A DNA stretch of 63,991 nucleotides, filler included, from Candidatus Babelota bacterium (GTDB lineage: Bacteria > JAGOBX01), in assembly GCA_017999075.1 (NCBI GenBank). It is 6 parts of 6 records of this genome, joined end to end, with 100 filler letters (N's around TTAATTAATTAA, not from the genome) between each part and the next. Parts side by side here need not be neighbours in the genome. Positions count along the whole stretch, not along the records: positions 22,123 to 33,033 come from JAGOBX010000077.1; positions 33,134 to 44,037 come from JAGOBX010000078.1; 4 more parts are not named here. The stretch is one strand, 5' to 3'. Each line of letters starts with the position of its first letter. Position 1 is the first letter of the stretch. The notes under the pieces were generated by a model. The model was given only the letters and a program-made list of their open reading frames with translations. It ran no database searches and was not told where the DNA came from. The position numbers and the translations under genes are program-made. This document shows, one piece after another, positions 30,228 through 39,879 of this stretch.

Positions 30228-30938
30228 TTAAAACCATAATGAAAGCTGTTCCTTGTTTTTTAATGCTGACAGCATGCTCATTCTAAAATGTTTCGTGTCT
30301 CCTGCAATTTTTTTTATTATGCTGTTTACATATTCTCTTTTTGTTTTTCCTGTAACAGGACATTTATTTTTAAAAACAGGCATATTATAGCGTATTGATG
30401 CTGAATGAATTTTTTCTTCATTCAAATATATCATGGGTCGTATCATATATATATTTTTTTGCGAAAGATATGTTACCGGTTCAAAAGTAGCTATTCTCCC
30501 CTCATATATCATATTCATAAACAGTGTATTTACAGCATCGTCAAGATGATGACCTAATGCAATTTTATTAAAATTAATTTTTACTGCATTGTCCGCAATA
30601 ATGCCTTTTCTCAATCTCGAACATAAAGAACACGGATATTTCACCGGTTTATCTATAAAAATCTGATTATAAATATTGGTTTTTATAAATGTATACGGAA
30701 TATCTATTTTTTTTAAATATTCCAATAATTCAGTATAATCCATATCTGGAAAATTATTATCTACTATTACCGAATGAAGTTCAAAAGATCTTTTTAAGTA
30801 ATATCTCAATTGTATAAGGCAATTTATCAGTACTAAACTGTCTTTTCCTCCTGAAACGCCTACAGCTATCCTGTCTCCTTCATTAATCATATTATAATCT
30901 ATGCATGCTGCTTTTACAGCTCCTAATATCTTTCTCAT
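30228..30938 (-). CDS. ttcA: tRNA 2-thiocytidine biosynthesis TtcA-family protein
   Basis: DYNMINEGDRIAVGVSGGKDS PP-loop, PCSLCSRLRKG, KIALGHHLDD, IRPM, CP. Confidence 0.88.
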   Translation of the reverse strand: MRKILGAVKAACIDYNMINEGDRIAVGVSGGKDSLVLINCLIQLRYYLKRSFELHSVIVDNNFPDMDYTELLEYLKKIDIPYTFIKTNIYNQIFIDKPVKYPCSLCSRLRKGIIADNAVKINFNKIALGHHLDDAVNTLFMNMIYEGRIATFEPVTYLSQKNIYMIRPMIYLNEEKIHSASIRYNMPVFKNKCPVTGKTKREYVNSIIKKIAGDTKHFRMSMLSALKNKEQLSLWF

Positions 30939-30995
30939 ATTTTTATTTTTTTATGATTTATTTTTTTGGAAGTTTGGCATTATATTACACTACAT

Positions 30996-31094
30996 ATCTC
31001 CCAAGGTGGTCAAACGGGTATCCCCGTTTGACCGGAATAAGGTATACAAATAAGTTCGTGTAAACAGCTTTTGGGAGGGAAACTGTTTATACAA
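30996..31094 (-). ncRNA. Unidentified structured RNA (two hairpins plus potential pseudoknot)
   Basis: Stem UAAACAGUU/AGCUGUUUA with loop containing CCCUCCCAA; perfect 11-bp stem GGUCAAACGGG/CCCGUUUGACC; 3' UUGGGAG complementary to loop CUCCCAA; GC-rich island in AT-rich intergenic DNA. Confidence 0.6.
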
Positions 31095-31100
31095 TATATT

Positions 31101-31127
31101 TTATCGGCGTTTTTTTGAAATACTTTA
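31101..31127 (-). promoter_or_regulatory. Sigma28 (FliA/SigD) promoter
   Basis: Minus strand reads TAAA-gtatttcaaaaaaac(15 nt)-GCCGATAA, an exact match to TAAA-N15-GCCGATAA. Confidence 0.85.
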
Positions 31128-31170
31128 AAGATTTTTTTTTTATGTGGGTAACTCTTTTTTTAAGAACAGG

Positions 31171-31590
31171 TTAATCCCCTATAATTTTAACAAGAACCCG
31201 TTTTTTACGGCGACCATCAAACTCAGCATAAAATATTTGTTCCCATGGTCCAAAATCAAGTTTTCCATTTGTAACCGCAACAACCACTTCTCTTCCCATT
31301 ATAGTACGTTTAATATGTGCGTCTCCATTATCTTCACCTGTCATATTATGCTTATAATTAGAAAGTGGTTCGTGTGGAGCAAGATGTTCAAGAAATTTAT
31401 CAAAATCATTTATTAATCCGTTTTCATTATCATTTATATAAACGCTTGCAGTAATATGCATTGCATTGACAAGACATAAACCCTCTTTAATTCCTGATTT
31501 TTTTAAAATTTCTTCTACTTTCTCTGTTATATTAATATATCCTCGGCGCTGTTGTATGTTAAACCATAATTCTTCCCGGAATGATTTCAT
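31171..31590 (-). CDS. yjbQ: YjbQ/UPF0047 family protein
   Basis: [52 protein letters not shown]. Confidence 0.9.
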   Translation of the reverse strand: MKSFREELWFNIQQRRGYINITEKVEEILKKSGIKEGLCLVNAMHITASVYINDNENGLINDFDKFLEHLAPHEPLSNYKHNMTGEDNGDAHIKRTIMGREVVVAVTNGKLDFGPWEQIFYAEFDGRRKKRVLVKIIGD

Positions 31591-31635
31591 TTTATTCTCC
31601 TGGCATTTTATTATCTTTAATTTTATTCTTAAGTC

Positions 31636-32376
31636 CTACATAACCATTCCGCCATCAACTATAAGAACCTGACCAGTAATATAACCGGATTCTTCCGAAG
31701 CTAAAAATGCTACTGCGTTAGCAATATCTTCTGGTTCTCCCAGTCGTTTAAGCGGAATCATAGTTTCAAGACGATGCCGCTCAGTTTCCGGCAATTTCTC
31801 TGTCATAGCAGTTTTTATGAATCCTGGGGCTACGGCATTGCATGTAATATTCCTTGAAGCCAACTCTTTAGCTGTTGATTTGGTCATTCCTATTATCCCT
31901 GCTTTTGATGCTGAATAATTCAATTGACCCGCATTTCCCATTACTCCGATAACAGAAGATATATTTATTATTCTGCCCCACCTGTTTTTCATTAATATTC
32001 TCGCTCCGAATTTAATACAATTAAAAACACCTTTTAAATTAATATCTATAACTTTATCCCATTCTTCTTCCGACATTTTTATTATTAAATTATCACGGGT
32101 AATTCCAGCGTTGTTTACTAAAATATCTATTTTTCCAAAATCCTCAACAACCTGTTTGAATAAATTTTCTGTTTCTAAAAACTTCGATATATCCGCTTTA
32201 TACGGACGCGCTGATATTCCCAAACTTCCAAGTTCTTCTGATGTTTTTTGAGCATCTTCAAGAAGAACATCAACTATTGCTATATTAACCTTTTTTGACG
32301 CAAGTTTAACAGCTATTGATTTACCTATGCCTCTGGCACCGCCTGTTATTAAAGCTACACGACTTTCTATATTCAT
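31636..32376 (-). CDS. fabG: 3-oxoacyl-ACP reductase
   Basis: TGGARGIG, NNAGITRD, GNAGQLNYSASKAG, APGFI, ITGQVL.VDGGM. Confidence 0.95.
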   Translation of the reverse strand: MNIESRVALITGGARGIGKSIAVKLASKKVNIAIVDVLLEDAQKTSEELGSLGISARPYKADISKFLETENLFKQVVEDFGKIDILVNNAGITRDNLIIKMSEEEWDKVIDINLKGVFNCIKFGARILMKNRWGRIINISSVIGVMGNAGQLNYSASKAGIIGMTKSTAKELASRNITCNAVAPGFIKTAMTEKLPETERHRLETMIPLKRLGEPEDIANAVAFLASEESGYITGQVLIVDGGMVM

Positions 32377-32408
32377 AAATAATCACCATCCATTATTTTA
32401 TTGCAGAT

Positions 32409-33033
32409 TCATATTTCAACTTTTTTGAATATTTTTAATTTGCCGACACGTTCCGAAATTTGTTCATTAATTTTTTTAGTACATATGTTTTCTGCCACAC
32501 GTACTGCATTTTTTATAGCATTACCCGAAGATCTTCCATGACAAATTATACAGTATCCATTCACTCCAAGAAGAGGCGCACCGCCATATTCAGAATAATC
32601 AATTGTTTTTTTAAATTTTTTAAAAAAAGGTTTGAGTAAAAATGCGCCTATTTTATAAATAAACTTTTCATTTATTCCTGAACGAATCATCCCAAATAAT
32701 GTTTCTGCAAGCCCTTCAGATACTTTTAAAACCGTATTTCCAACAAATCCATCGCAAACAACAACATCAGTTTTACATTTATATATATCCCGGCCTTCGA
32801 CATTACCGTAAAAATTATCAAGATTTGATTTCAATAATTCAAATGAAGATTTAGCAAGTTCATTACCTTTAGTATCTTCTTCCCCTATATTAAGCAGCCC
32901 TACAGTAATATCAGGTTTGTTAAGAACAACTTTAGCATATTCGGTTCCCATCATTCCATAATGAAGTATGTGTTCCGGAGTACAGTCAACATTGGCTCCT
33001 ACATCCATTAAGATTGTTGCACTCATTTTAGCG
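32409..33033 (-). CDS. plsX: Phosphate acyltransferase PlsX, 5'-truncated
   Basis: DVGANVD, LLNIGEE..KG, GNVEG, DGFVGN..LK..EG, YGGAPLLG, HGRS. Confidence 0.95.
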
Positions 33034-33133
33034 NNNNNNNNNNNNNNNNNNNNNNNNNNNNNNNNNNNNNNNNNNNNTTAATTAATTAANNNNNNNNNNN
33101 NNNNNNNNNNNNNNNNNNNNNNNNNNNNNNNNN
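33034..33133. other. Artificial contig linker
   Basis: N44-TTAATTAATTAA-N44. Confidence 0.98.
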
Positions 33134-34164
33134 TTCAAATACCATAAAGGACGTGTTTGAATATTATTCTCTGAAAAAATATTCATTAATTCAATATTGT
33201 TATAAGCATATATTCCTTTTTCAATTATTATAGAATAAAACCAATAATTCGGCCTGGTTCCGGCCGGAGGATCTATAAACTTTATCCCATTAATATCATT
33301 CAATCTATTTTTATATAATTCATAATTATATTTTTTCTTTTCAATAAATTTTTCAAGCAGTTCCATTTGAGCTGCGCCTATAGCAGAAAGGACATTCGTC
33401 AATCTGAAGTTATACCCTATTTCGTTATGTACAAATTTATTTTCATCATCTTTAGCCTGAGTAGTTAAATACCTGATTTTATCTGCATATTCCTCATTAT
33501 CCGTTACTACCATACCTCCGCCGCCGGTAGTAATTATTTTATTTCCATTGAATGAAAAAACGCCTATATCCCCTATTCCGCCGGTGTATTGATTTTCAAG
33601 TTTTCCTGAAGTATAATAAGAACCTAAACTTTCGGTTGCGTCTTCTATTATTTTCAAATTATATTTTTCTGCAATTTCAAGCAAATGTTCCATATTACAT
33701 GGATTTCCAAAAATATGTACAGGCAGAACAGCCTTTAATATTCTGCCGGAATTTTTATTAATCAAACCTTCAGAACTCATTCTACATTGAGTTTTACAAA
33801 ATTTTTCTAACTTTTCGGTATCAATATTCAAATAATCATCACAATCCATAAAAACAGGCTCGGCATTCAAATATTTTACAGCATTAACGGGAGCAATAAA
33901 TGTCAATACAGGAACAATAACTTCATCATTATTTCCAACTCCGGCAACCTTCAGCGATATTTGAATTCCAGACGTTCCGTTAATGCAGGCTACTGCCCTT
34001 TTAGTTCCAATGTATTCGCAAATTTTCTTTTCGAATTCATTCACAAAAGGTCCTACAGAAGATACCCATCCTGTATCAAGACATTTTTTAACATATGTCC
34101 ATTCATTTCCGGAAATATTAGGAACAGACAATGGTATAAATTTATTTTTATCATTATCAGACAT
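33134..34164 (-). CDS. legC: LegC-family DegT/DnrJ sugar aminotransferase, 3'-truncated
   Basis: IPLSVP.ISGNEW.YVK.CLDTGWVSSVG, EDATESLG, SFNGNKIITTGGGG, GYNFRL. Confidence 0.85.
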
Positions 34165-35158
34165 TGTATATCCCGGATTTATAATTTTTTAAATTCAATT
34201 TCATCCATTCTATTGTTTCTGTTAATCCCGAATCTAAAGAATATTTCGGAACCCAGCCAGTGATATTTTTTATTTTACTATTATCAGCAAACAACCTTTC
34301 AACTTCGCTTTTTTCAGGACGTTTACGTTCTTCTGTTTGTTCAACAATTATTTCTTCCCCGATCAGCATACTGATTTTTTTCACAAGGTCATTTATTGAA
34401 ATCTCGAATTTAGAACCAGCATTTATAATTTCTCCGACAGTATTTTCAGATTCCGCTATTTTTAAAAAAGCTTCAGCCGTATCTTTGACAAAAGTCAAAT
34501 CCCGTGTTGGAGTCAATGACCCTAAAGAAATTTTTTTTCCCCCTGATAAAATCTGAGTTATAACAGTAGGGATAATTGCTCTTGAAGATTGACGCGGGCC
34601 ATACGTATTAAATGGTCTTATTATAGCAACAGGCAGATCAAACGACCTGTAAAAACTTAAAGCTAAAAAATCTGCTGCCGATTTTGTTGCCGCATATGGA
34701 GATTGAGGATTTATAGGATGCAGTTCAGTTATAGGAACAAATTGTGCTGTTCCATAAATTTCACTTGTCGAAGTATGGACAATTTTTTTTAAATTCAAAT
34801 CCCGGGCAGCATTAAGAATATTTAACGTCCCCTTTATATTAACCTCAAGATATGCGTCAGGTGAATAATACGAATAAGGTATCCCTATTAAAGCTCCAAG
34901 ATGAAAAATAATATCCGTATTTTTTACCGCATTTTTCACTGCATCGTAATCGCGCAAATCTCCGACAAATATTTCCATTTCATCTTTATACTTTGAGTAT
35001 TCAAGCCAGCCCCAGTCATTTTTCGAATTATACCTGACAAAAGCCTTTACTTTATATCCGCGTTCAACCAGAAGTTCAGACAAATGGCTTCCGATAAATC
35101 CTGCTGCTCCAGTCACTAAAACTTTACAATTTTTCATATAATTTATTTCCTTGTCCAA
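34157..35158 (-). CDS. legB: LegB-like NDP-sugar 4,6-dehydratase
   Basis: [17 protein letters not shown]...GWL, ALIGIPYSY, STSEIYG, QSPYAATK, RPFNTYGPRQS.RA; adjacent to legC. Confidence 0.82.
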   Translation of the reverse strand: MDKEINYMKNCKVLVTGAAGFIGSHLSELLVERGYKVKAFVRYNSKNDWGWLEYSKYKDEMEIFVGDLRDYDAVKNAVKNTDIIFHLGALIGIPYSYYSPDAYLEVNIKGTLNILNAARDLNLKKIVHTSTSEIYGTAQFVPITELHPINPQSPYAATKSAADFLALSFYRSFDLPVAIIRPFNTYGPRQSSRAIIPTVITQILSGGKKISLGSLTPTRDLTFVKDTAEAFLKIAESENTVGEIINAGSKFEISINDLVKKISMLIGEEIIVEQTEERKRPEKSEVERLFADNSKIKNITGWVPKYSLDSGLTETIEWMKLNLKNYKSGIYNV

Positions 35159-35182
35159 AATAATATTTTAAATAATAATGCG

Positions 35183-36334
35183 TCAGGCCGCCGGACTTTT
35201 TTTTAATAATAATCCTAATGCAAAACTCAACGAAAATTGTGAAGATGCGATCTCCCAGTGATCTTCAGTCCATCCGGCCAGATGAAAAAAAATAAAAATC
35301 CATAAAAATGCAGAGCCCGGAAACACATCAATTTTTCTTTGATTCTCCTTCAGGAAAACATATAAAATCCCTGCCCAAAAAAATATATAAATAATTATGC
35401 CTGTTATTCCGTATTCAATATAATAATTTAACATAATATTATGCGCGTTTTTAGGCAAAACTTCAACTATATTGTTTTGTTTTAAAGCCTCAGAATATCT
35501 GTTTGTTCCATATCCTTTTAAAAAAACTTTCCAATTTTGAAATATTATTTTCCAGCCTACTGTTCTGCCGTTAAATGAACTCATATTATCAAAATTATAT
35601 CTGTTTTTTATCCCGTCAAACAAAAAATAAGAAGGAATAAAAATAATTATTCCGCCAATAACCAGACAAACAATACTTTTTCTTATTTTCCTGAACCATA
35701 ACAACACTGCGGAACTGACAACTAAACTTATTAGAACTCCACGGCTTCCGCTGAACAAAATCCCGATAAATATAATTAGTGCTGCAAAAAAAATCACGCC
35801 TTTTGTTTTAATTGTCAAATATGAATAATTATGAATTATATATGTTATCAAAAATATTAGCGCTATTCCAAGTTTAAATGAATACCTTATATGATGCTCG
35901 CCGGCAATTCCGTTTAAATAATATTGATTTTCAAAAACAGAATAAAAATCGGAAAATAAATCAATTGAAAAAAATAGTCCTGATAAACTTATTAAAATGC
36001 TTAAAAATCCGGCTATTGAAAAACAGAATAACGCATTTTTAACAACTGACGGTTCTTCTTCAACCGATTTAACCATCAAAAAAATTAAAATAATTTTAAC
36101 AAGATGCCTTACAAGCTTAAAATTTGCCGGAGGAAACGCAAAAAAATTTATTATAAATAATCCGGCTGAATATATTATGAAAATTTTCAGTAAAGCGAAT
36201 CCTGTATTGTTATCGAATATTCTCCATTTGTATTTGATTATCAATATTGCAAGCAGCAGATAAAAACAAATATTGGTAAAAGCTATGCCGAAAAACATAG
36301 AAATACCGCATAACGAAACTGCAAAAACAATCAT
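35183..36334 (-). CDS. O-antigen ligase/Wzy_C-family membrane protein
   Basis: Polytopic; SGSRG, S..GR...W, G.G, AHN.ML....E.GI.G. Confidence 0.85.
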   Translation of the reverse strand: MIVFAVSLCGISMFFGIAFTNICFYLLLAILIIKYKWRIFDNNTGFALLKIFIIYSAGLFIINFFAFPPANFKLVRHLVKIILIFLMVKSVEEEPSVVKNALFCFSIAGFLSILISLSGLFFSIDLFSDFYSVFENQYYLNGIAGEHHIRYSFKLGIALIFLITYIIHNYSYLTIKTKGVIFFAALIIFIGILFSGSRGVLISLVVSSAVLLWFRKIRKSIVCLVIGGIIIFIPSYFLFDGIKNRYNFDNMSSFNGRTVGWKIIFQNWKVFLKGYGTNRYSEALKQNNIVEVLPKNAHNIMLNYYIEYGITGIIIYIFFWAGILYVFLKENQRKIDVFPGSAFLWIFIFFHLAGWTEDHWEIASSQFSLSFALGLLLKKSPAA

Positions 36335-36357
36335 AATTTAATATTTAATTTATAAGA

Positions 36358-37368
36358 TCAATTTTTATAGTATTCTTTATACCATTTTATAAATTCTGCT
36401 ATTCCTTTTTCAATCGATGTGGATGGTTTGAATCCTGAATCCCTTACGAGGTCATCAACATCCGCAAAAGTAGCAGGAACATCTCCAGACTGAATAGGCA
36501 AAAATTTTTTAACTGCAGGTTTGCCAAGAGCTTTTTCTATTGCAGAAATAAAATCAAGGAGTTCTACAGGATTGTGATTTCCTATATTGTAAAGTTTATA
36601 AGGCGCAAAACTTGTAGCCGGATCAGGATTTAATCTATCCCAGTTTTCATTCGGCAAAGGAATATTCAACATCACTTTCGATATTCCTTCAGTTATATCG
36701 TCTATATATGTAAAATCACGTTTCATCTTACCATAATTAAAAACATCTATAGGTTTATTCTCAAGTATTGATTTTGTGAATAAAAACAAAGCCATATCAG
36801 GTCTGCCCCATGGCCCATACACTGTAAAAAACCTTAATCCTGTAACAGGAATTTTATATAAACTTGAGTAAGTATGCGCCATTAATTCATTAGCTTTTTT
36901 AGTGGCTGCATATAAAGAAACCGGATGATCAACATTTTGATGAACCGAAAAAGGCATATTTGAATTGCCTCCATAAACAGAACTTGAAGAAGCATAAACA
37001 AGATGTTTAACTTTATTATGACGGCATCCTTCAAGGATATTCAAAAAACCGGTAATATTGCTGTCAATGTATGCATAAGGATTTTGCAACGAATATCTTA
37101 CTCCTGCCTGAGCAGCAAGGTTTATCACAATATCAAAATCATTTTTTTCAAATATTTCCAAAATCGTTTTTTTATCACTTATGTCAAGTTTCAAAAAATT
37201 AAAATTATTATTTTTCCTCAATATATTCAGTCTGTCTTCTTTCAATTTAACATCATAATAATTATTCAAATTGTCAATTCCAACAATATTATACCCGCGT
37301 AAACATAATTTTTCAGATAAATGGAATCCTATAAAGCCAGCAGCACCTGTAATTAATATTTTTTTCAT
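36358..37368 (-). CDS. NAD-dependent epimerase (UDP-glucuronate 4-epimerase type)
   Basis: [54 protein letters not shown]; start at MKKILITG preferred over 37407. Confidence 0.92.
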   Translation of the reverse strand: MKKILITGAAGFIGFHLSEKLCLRGYNIVGIDNLNNYYDVKLKEDRLNILRKNNNFNFLKLDISDKKTILEIFEKNDFDIVINLAAQAGVRYSLQNPYAYIDSNITGFLNILEGCRHNKVKHLVYASSSSVYGGNSNMPFSVHQNVDHPVSLYAATKKANELMAHTYSSLYKIPVTGLRFFTVYGPWGRPDMALFLFTKSILENKPIDVFNYGKMKRDFTYIDDITEGISKVMLNIPLPNENWDRLNPDPATSFAPYKLYNIGNHNPVELLDFISAIEKALGKPAVKKFLPIQSGDVPATFADVDDLVRDSGFKPSTSIEKGIAEFIKWYKEYYKN

Positions 37369-37657
37369 ATTTTTCAAAATTTCCTTAATTTTATAGTATT
37401 TCTTCAAACAAAAATCTATATTTAAATATACAATATATTCAATTTTATATTAGCCGAAACATAATATAAATTAAAATATATAAAGTTTATAGAATACTAC
37501 AATTCAAGATATAAATCAATACAAAATAAATAATGTTAATGCAGGATTTTAATATTGCATTATTCAAAGAATTATTATAAACTTATATTAATTATTTTTA
37601 AATACAGTAATCTTACAGGATTAGACAAAAAAAATATTTTTAAGGAAGGATAATATT

Positions 37658-38698
37658 ATGTTATTTGCAGAAGGAAACCAAAGGGTATATTTATACCAAA
37701 AACACAGAGTTTTACAATTTTTAAATGAAATTAATTCTAAAACTAAAGTTTTAATTGCGTATCACGGAGCTGCAGCTGGAGAGATTGCTGCGTTGGGAAT
37801 AATTAAATTTCTGCAAAAGAAAAAAAATAAAAATTTCACATTATTCAATTTCGCCGAGCTAAGAATAAAAGAATTTGAGGTGTTAAAATCAAAAATAAAA
37901 ACTAAAAAAATTGATAAATTAATAATTTTAGAAGGATTCGGACTTCCTGACTGTTATGCCGAATTCAATGATATTGCAATCAACATAGATTCTCATTTTA
38001 ATGATAAAGAAGTTATAACAAATTTTCTAAACCCAATAGCGGCAAAATTCACACCGATTCCTTCTGTAAGTTTAGTTGTATATGATTTATTGAAAGAATA
38101 CATTCCGCAAAAATATAAATGGCTGATCGCCGTAAGTTCGATAATAGATTATAATAGCGAAGCAGCGCAATTAATAATACAGGATGAAAAAGACAAAGTA
38201 AAAAAATTACCAGACATAAAATATACTTTTTGGGCATGTCAATATAATGAAACCTGGGGAAACAAAATCATTGAAAAACTGATTGAAAATCCATCTGTAA
38301 ACATTCTTGAAAAAGATGAAGAATTATTAAAACGCAGAAAAGAGTTTTTAAAACGAATTGACGAACATATAGAAATAATAAAATCAAAATATAAAAAAGG
38401 TCCTGTTTATTACGAAGTTAAAAGCGATACTTTCCGGCTTACCAGTCCATTAGCATCGTTTCTTCTTGACATATATCCTGACAAACTTATATTTATAGTT
38501 GAAAAATTTGAAAATTCCGATATTGTCAGAATATCAGCCAGATATAAAAACGAAGAAGTTAATCTCGGAAAAATTTGTCAAAAATTAGCTAAAAATTTTA
38601 AAGATACAGATGCTATCGGATATAAAGAGACAGTAAGTTTCAGAACAAAAACTAAAATGGTAAAACAAATTTTTGAAAAATTAAGTCAATATTGCTGA
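37658..38698 (+). CDS. Degenerate DHH/DHHA1-fold protein
   Basis: Motif layout of DHH phosphoesterases but altered (YHGAAAG, IILEG, NIDSH), FLNP, SVS.VVY, SSIIDY, DHHA1-like VRISAR..NLG. Confidence 0.6.
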   Translation: MLFAEGNQRVYLYQKHRVLQFLNEINSKTKVLIAYHGAAAGEIAALGIIKFLQKKKNKNFTLFNFAELRIKEFEVLKSKIKTKKIDKLIILEGFGLPDCYAEFNDIAINIDSHFNDKEVITNFLNPIAAKFTPIPSVSLVVYDLLKEYIPQKYKWLIAVSSIIDYNSEAAQLIIQDEKDKVKKLPDIKYTFWACQYNETWGNKIIEKLIENPSVNILEKDEELLKRRKEFLKRIDEHIEIIKSKYKKGPVYYEVKSDTFRLTSPLASFLLDIYPDKLIFIVEKFENSDIVRISARYKNEEVNLGKICQKLAKNFKDTDAIGYKETVSFRTKTKMVKQIFEKLSQYC

Positions 38699-38720
38699 TT
38701 TTTTTTACTGGTGATTTTTT

Positions 38721-39755
38721 ATGATAAGAGCAAGCATTATAGGAGCTAGCGGTTATACTGGCCTTGAATTGTTAAGGATATTATCAAATCATCCTGATGT
38801 TAAAATAACAAATGTTACATGGAGTCAGGACAAAACAGAAAATATTTCCAAAATATTTCCGGGATTAGCAAAAATAATAGATTGTGATTGCAGCAAACCT
38901 GATATTCAAAAAATCGGAAAAACTTCAGATGTAGTATTTTTAGCAGTTCCTCATGTTACAGCCATGGATTATGCGGAAAAATTATTTGAATACAATGTTA
39001 AAATTATTGATTTAAGCGCTGATTTCCGGTTAAATGACCCTGGAATATATGAATACTGGTATAAAGAAAAACATAAATGTCCTCATTTACTGAATTCTGC
39101 TGTTTACGGACTTCCTGAATTATACCGCGATAAAATCAAAAATTCAAAACTGATAGCAAATCCAGGGTGTTATCCCACTTGTTCCATACTGGGTTTAGCT
39201 CCATTGCTGAAAAATCTGATTATTGACGACGATATCATAATTGATGCAAAATCAGGTGTTTCAGGAGCAGGAAAAAAGTTAAGCGACAGGACTCATTTTT
39301 CTGAAACAAACGATAATTTTTTAGCATACAGCCTGAGTCACAGACATTTGCCTGAAATTGAGCAGGAATTGAATAAAATCAGCGAAGAACCTGTAAACCT
39401 AACTTTTATTCCGCACCTGATACCTATCAATCGCGGAATGTTATGCACAATTTATGTTAAGCCTCAGCAGCCAGCAGATGAAAACAGCATATATAACATA
39501 TATAACAATTTTTACCATAATGAACATTTTGTGAGAATTGTTCCAAACAATACTTTACCTGAAACAAAATTTGTCAAATATTCAAATTTTTGCGATATAG
39601 GAATTCATTATGACAAACGTTCTGAAACAATTATTATAATAAGCTGCATTGATAACATATGTAAAGGGGCTTCAGGCCAGGCAGTTCAAAATATGAATAT
39701 TATGTTTAATCTAAAAGAAACTTCAGGATTAAATTTTTGCGGAATATATCCTTAA
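38721..39755 (+). CDS. argC: N-acetyl-gamma-glutamyl-phosphate reductase
   Basis: GASGYTGLEL, IDLSADFRL, ANPGCYPT, SGVSGAG, HRHLPEI, DNICKGASGQA. Confidence 0.97.
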   Translation: MIRASIIGASGYTGLELLRILSNHPDVKITNVTWSQDKTENISKIFPGLAKIIDCDCSKPDIQKIGKTSDVVFLAVPHVTAMDYAEKLFEYNVKIIDLSADFRLNDPGIYEYWYKEKHKCPHLLNSAVYGLPELYRDKIKNSKLIANPGCYPTCSILGLAPLLKNLIIDDDIIIDAKSGVSGAGKKLSDRTHFSETNDNFLAYSLSHRHLPEIEQELNKISEEPVNLTFIPHLIPINRGMLCTIYVKPQQPADENSIYNIYNNFYHNEHFVRIVPNNTLPETKFVKYSNFCDIGIHYDKRSETIIIISCIDNICKGASGQAVQNMNIMFNLKETSGLNFCGIYP

Positions 39756-39879
39756 AAATTTTAGTATATCATATTATTATCCGGAATTTTAAAATTATAA
39801 ACGGATTAAAAATTATTTCAAATCGCATTTATCAGTAAATTTTAAAGACGGTTTGGTATTATCATTCTTACGGAGTTTT

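Noticed and set aside
30951-30980. 9-codon ORF (MPNFQKNKS) between the structured RNA and ttcA
   Set aside because: Too short, no well-spaced SD, expected by chance
31636-33033. plsX directly followed by fabG without fabH/fabD/acpP
   Set aside because: Rearranged fab clusters are common; contig truncation prevents conclusions
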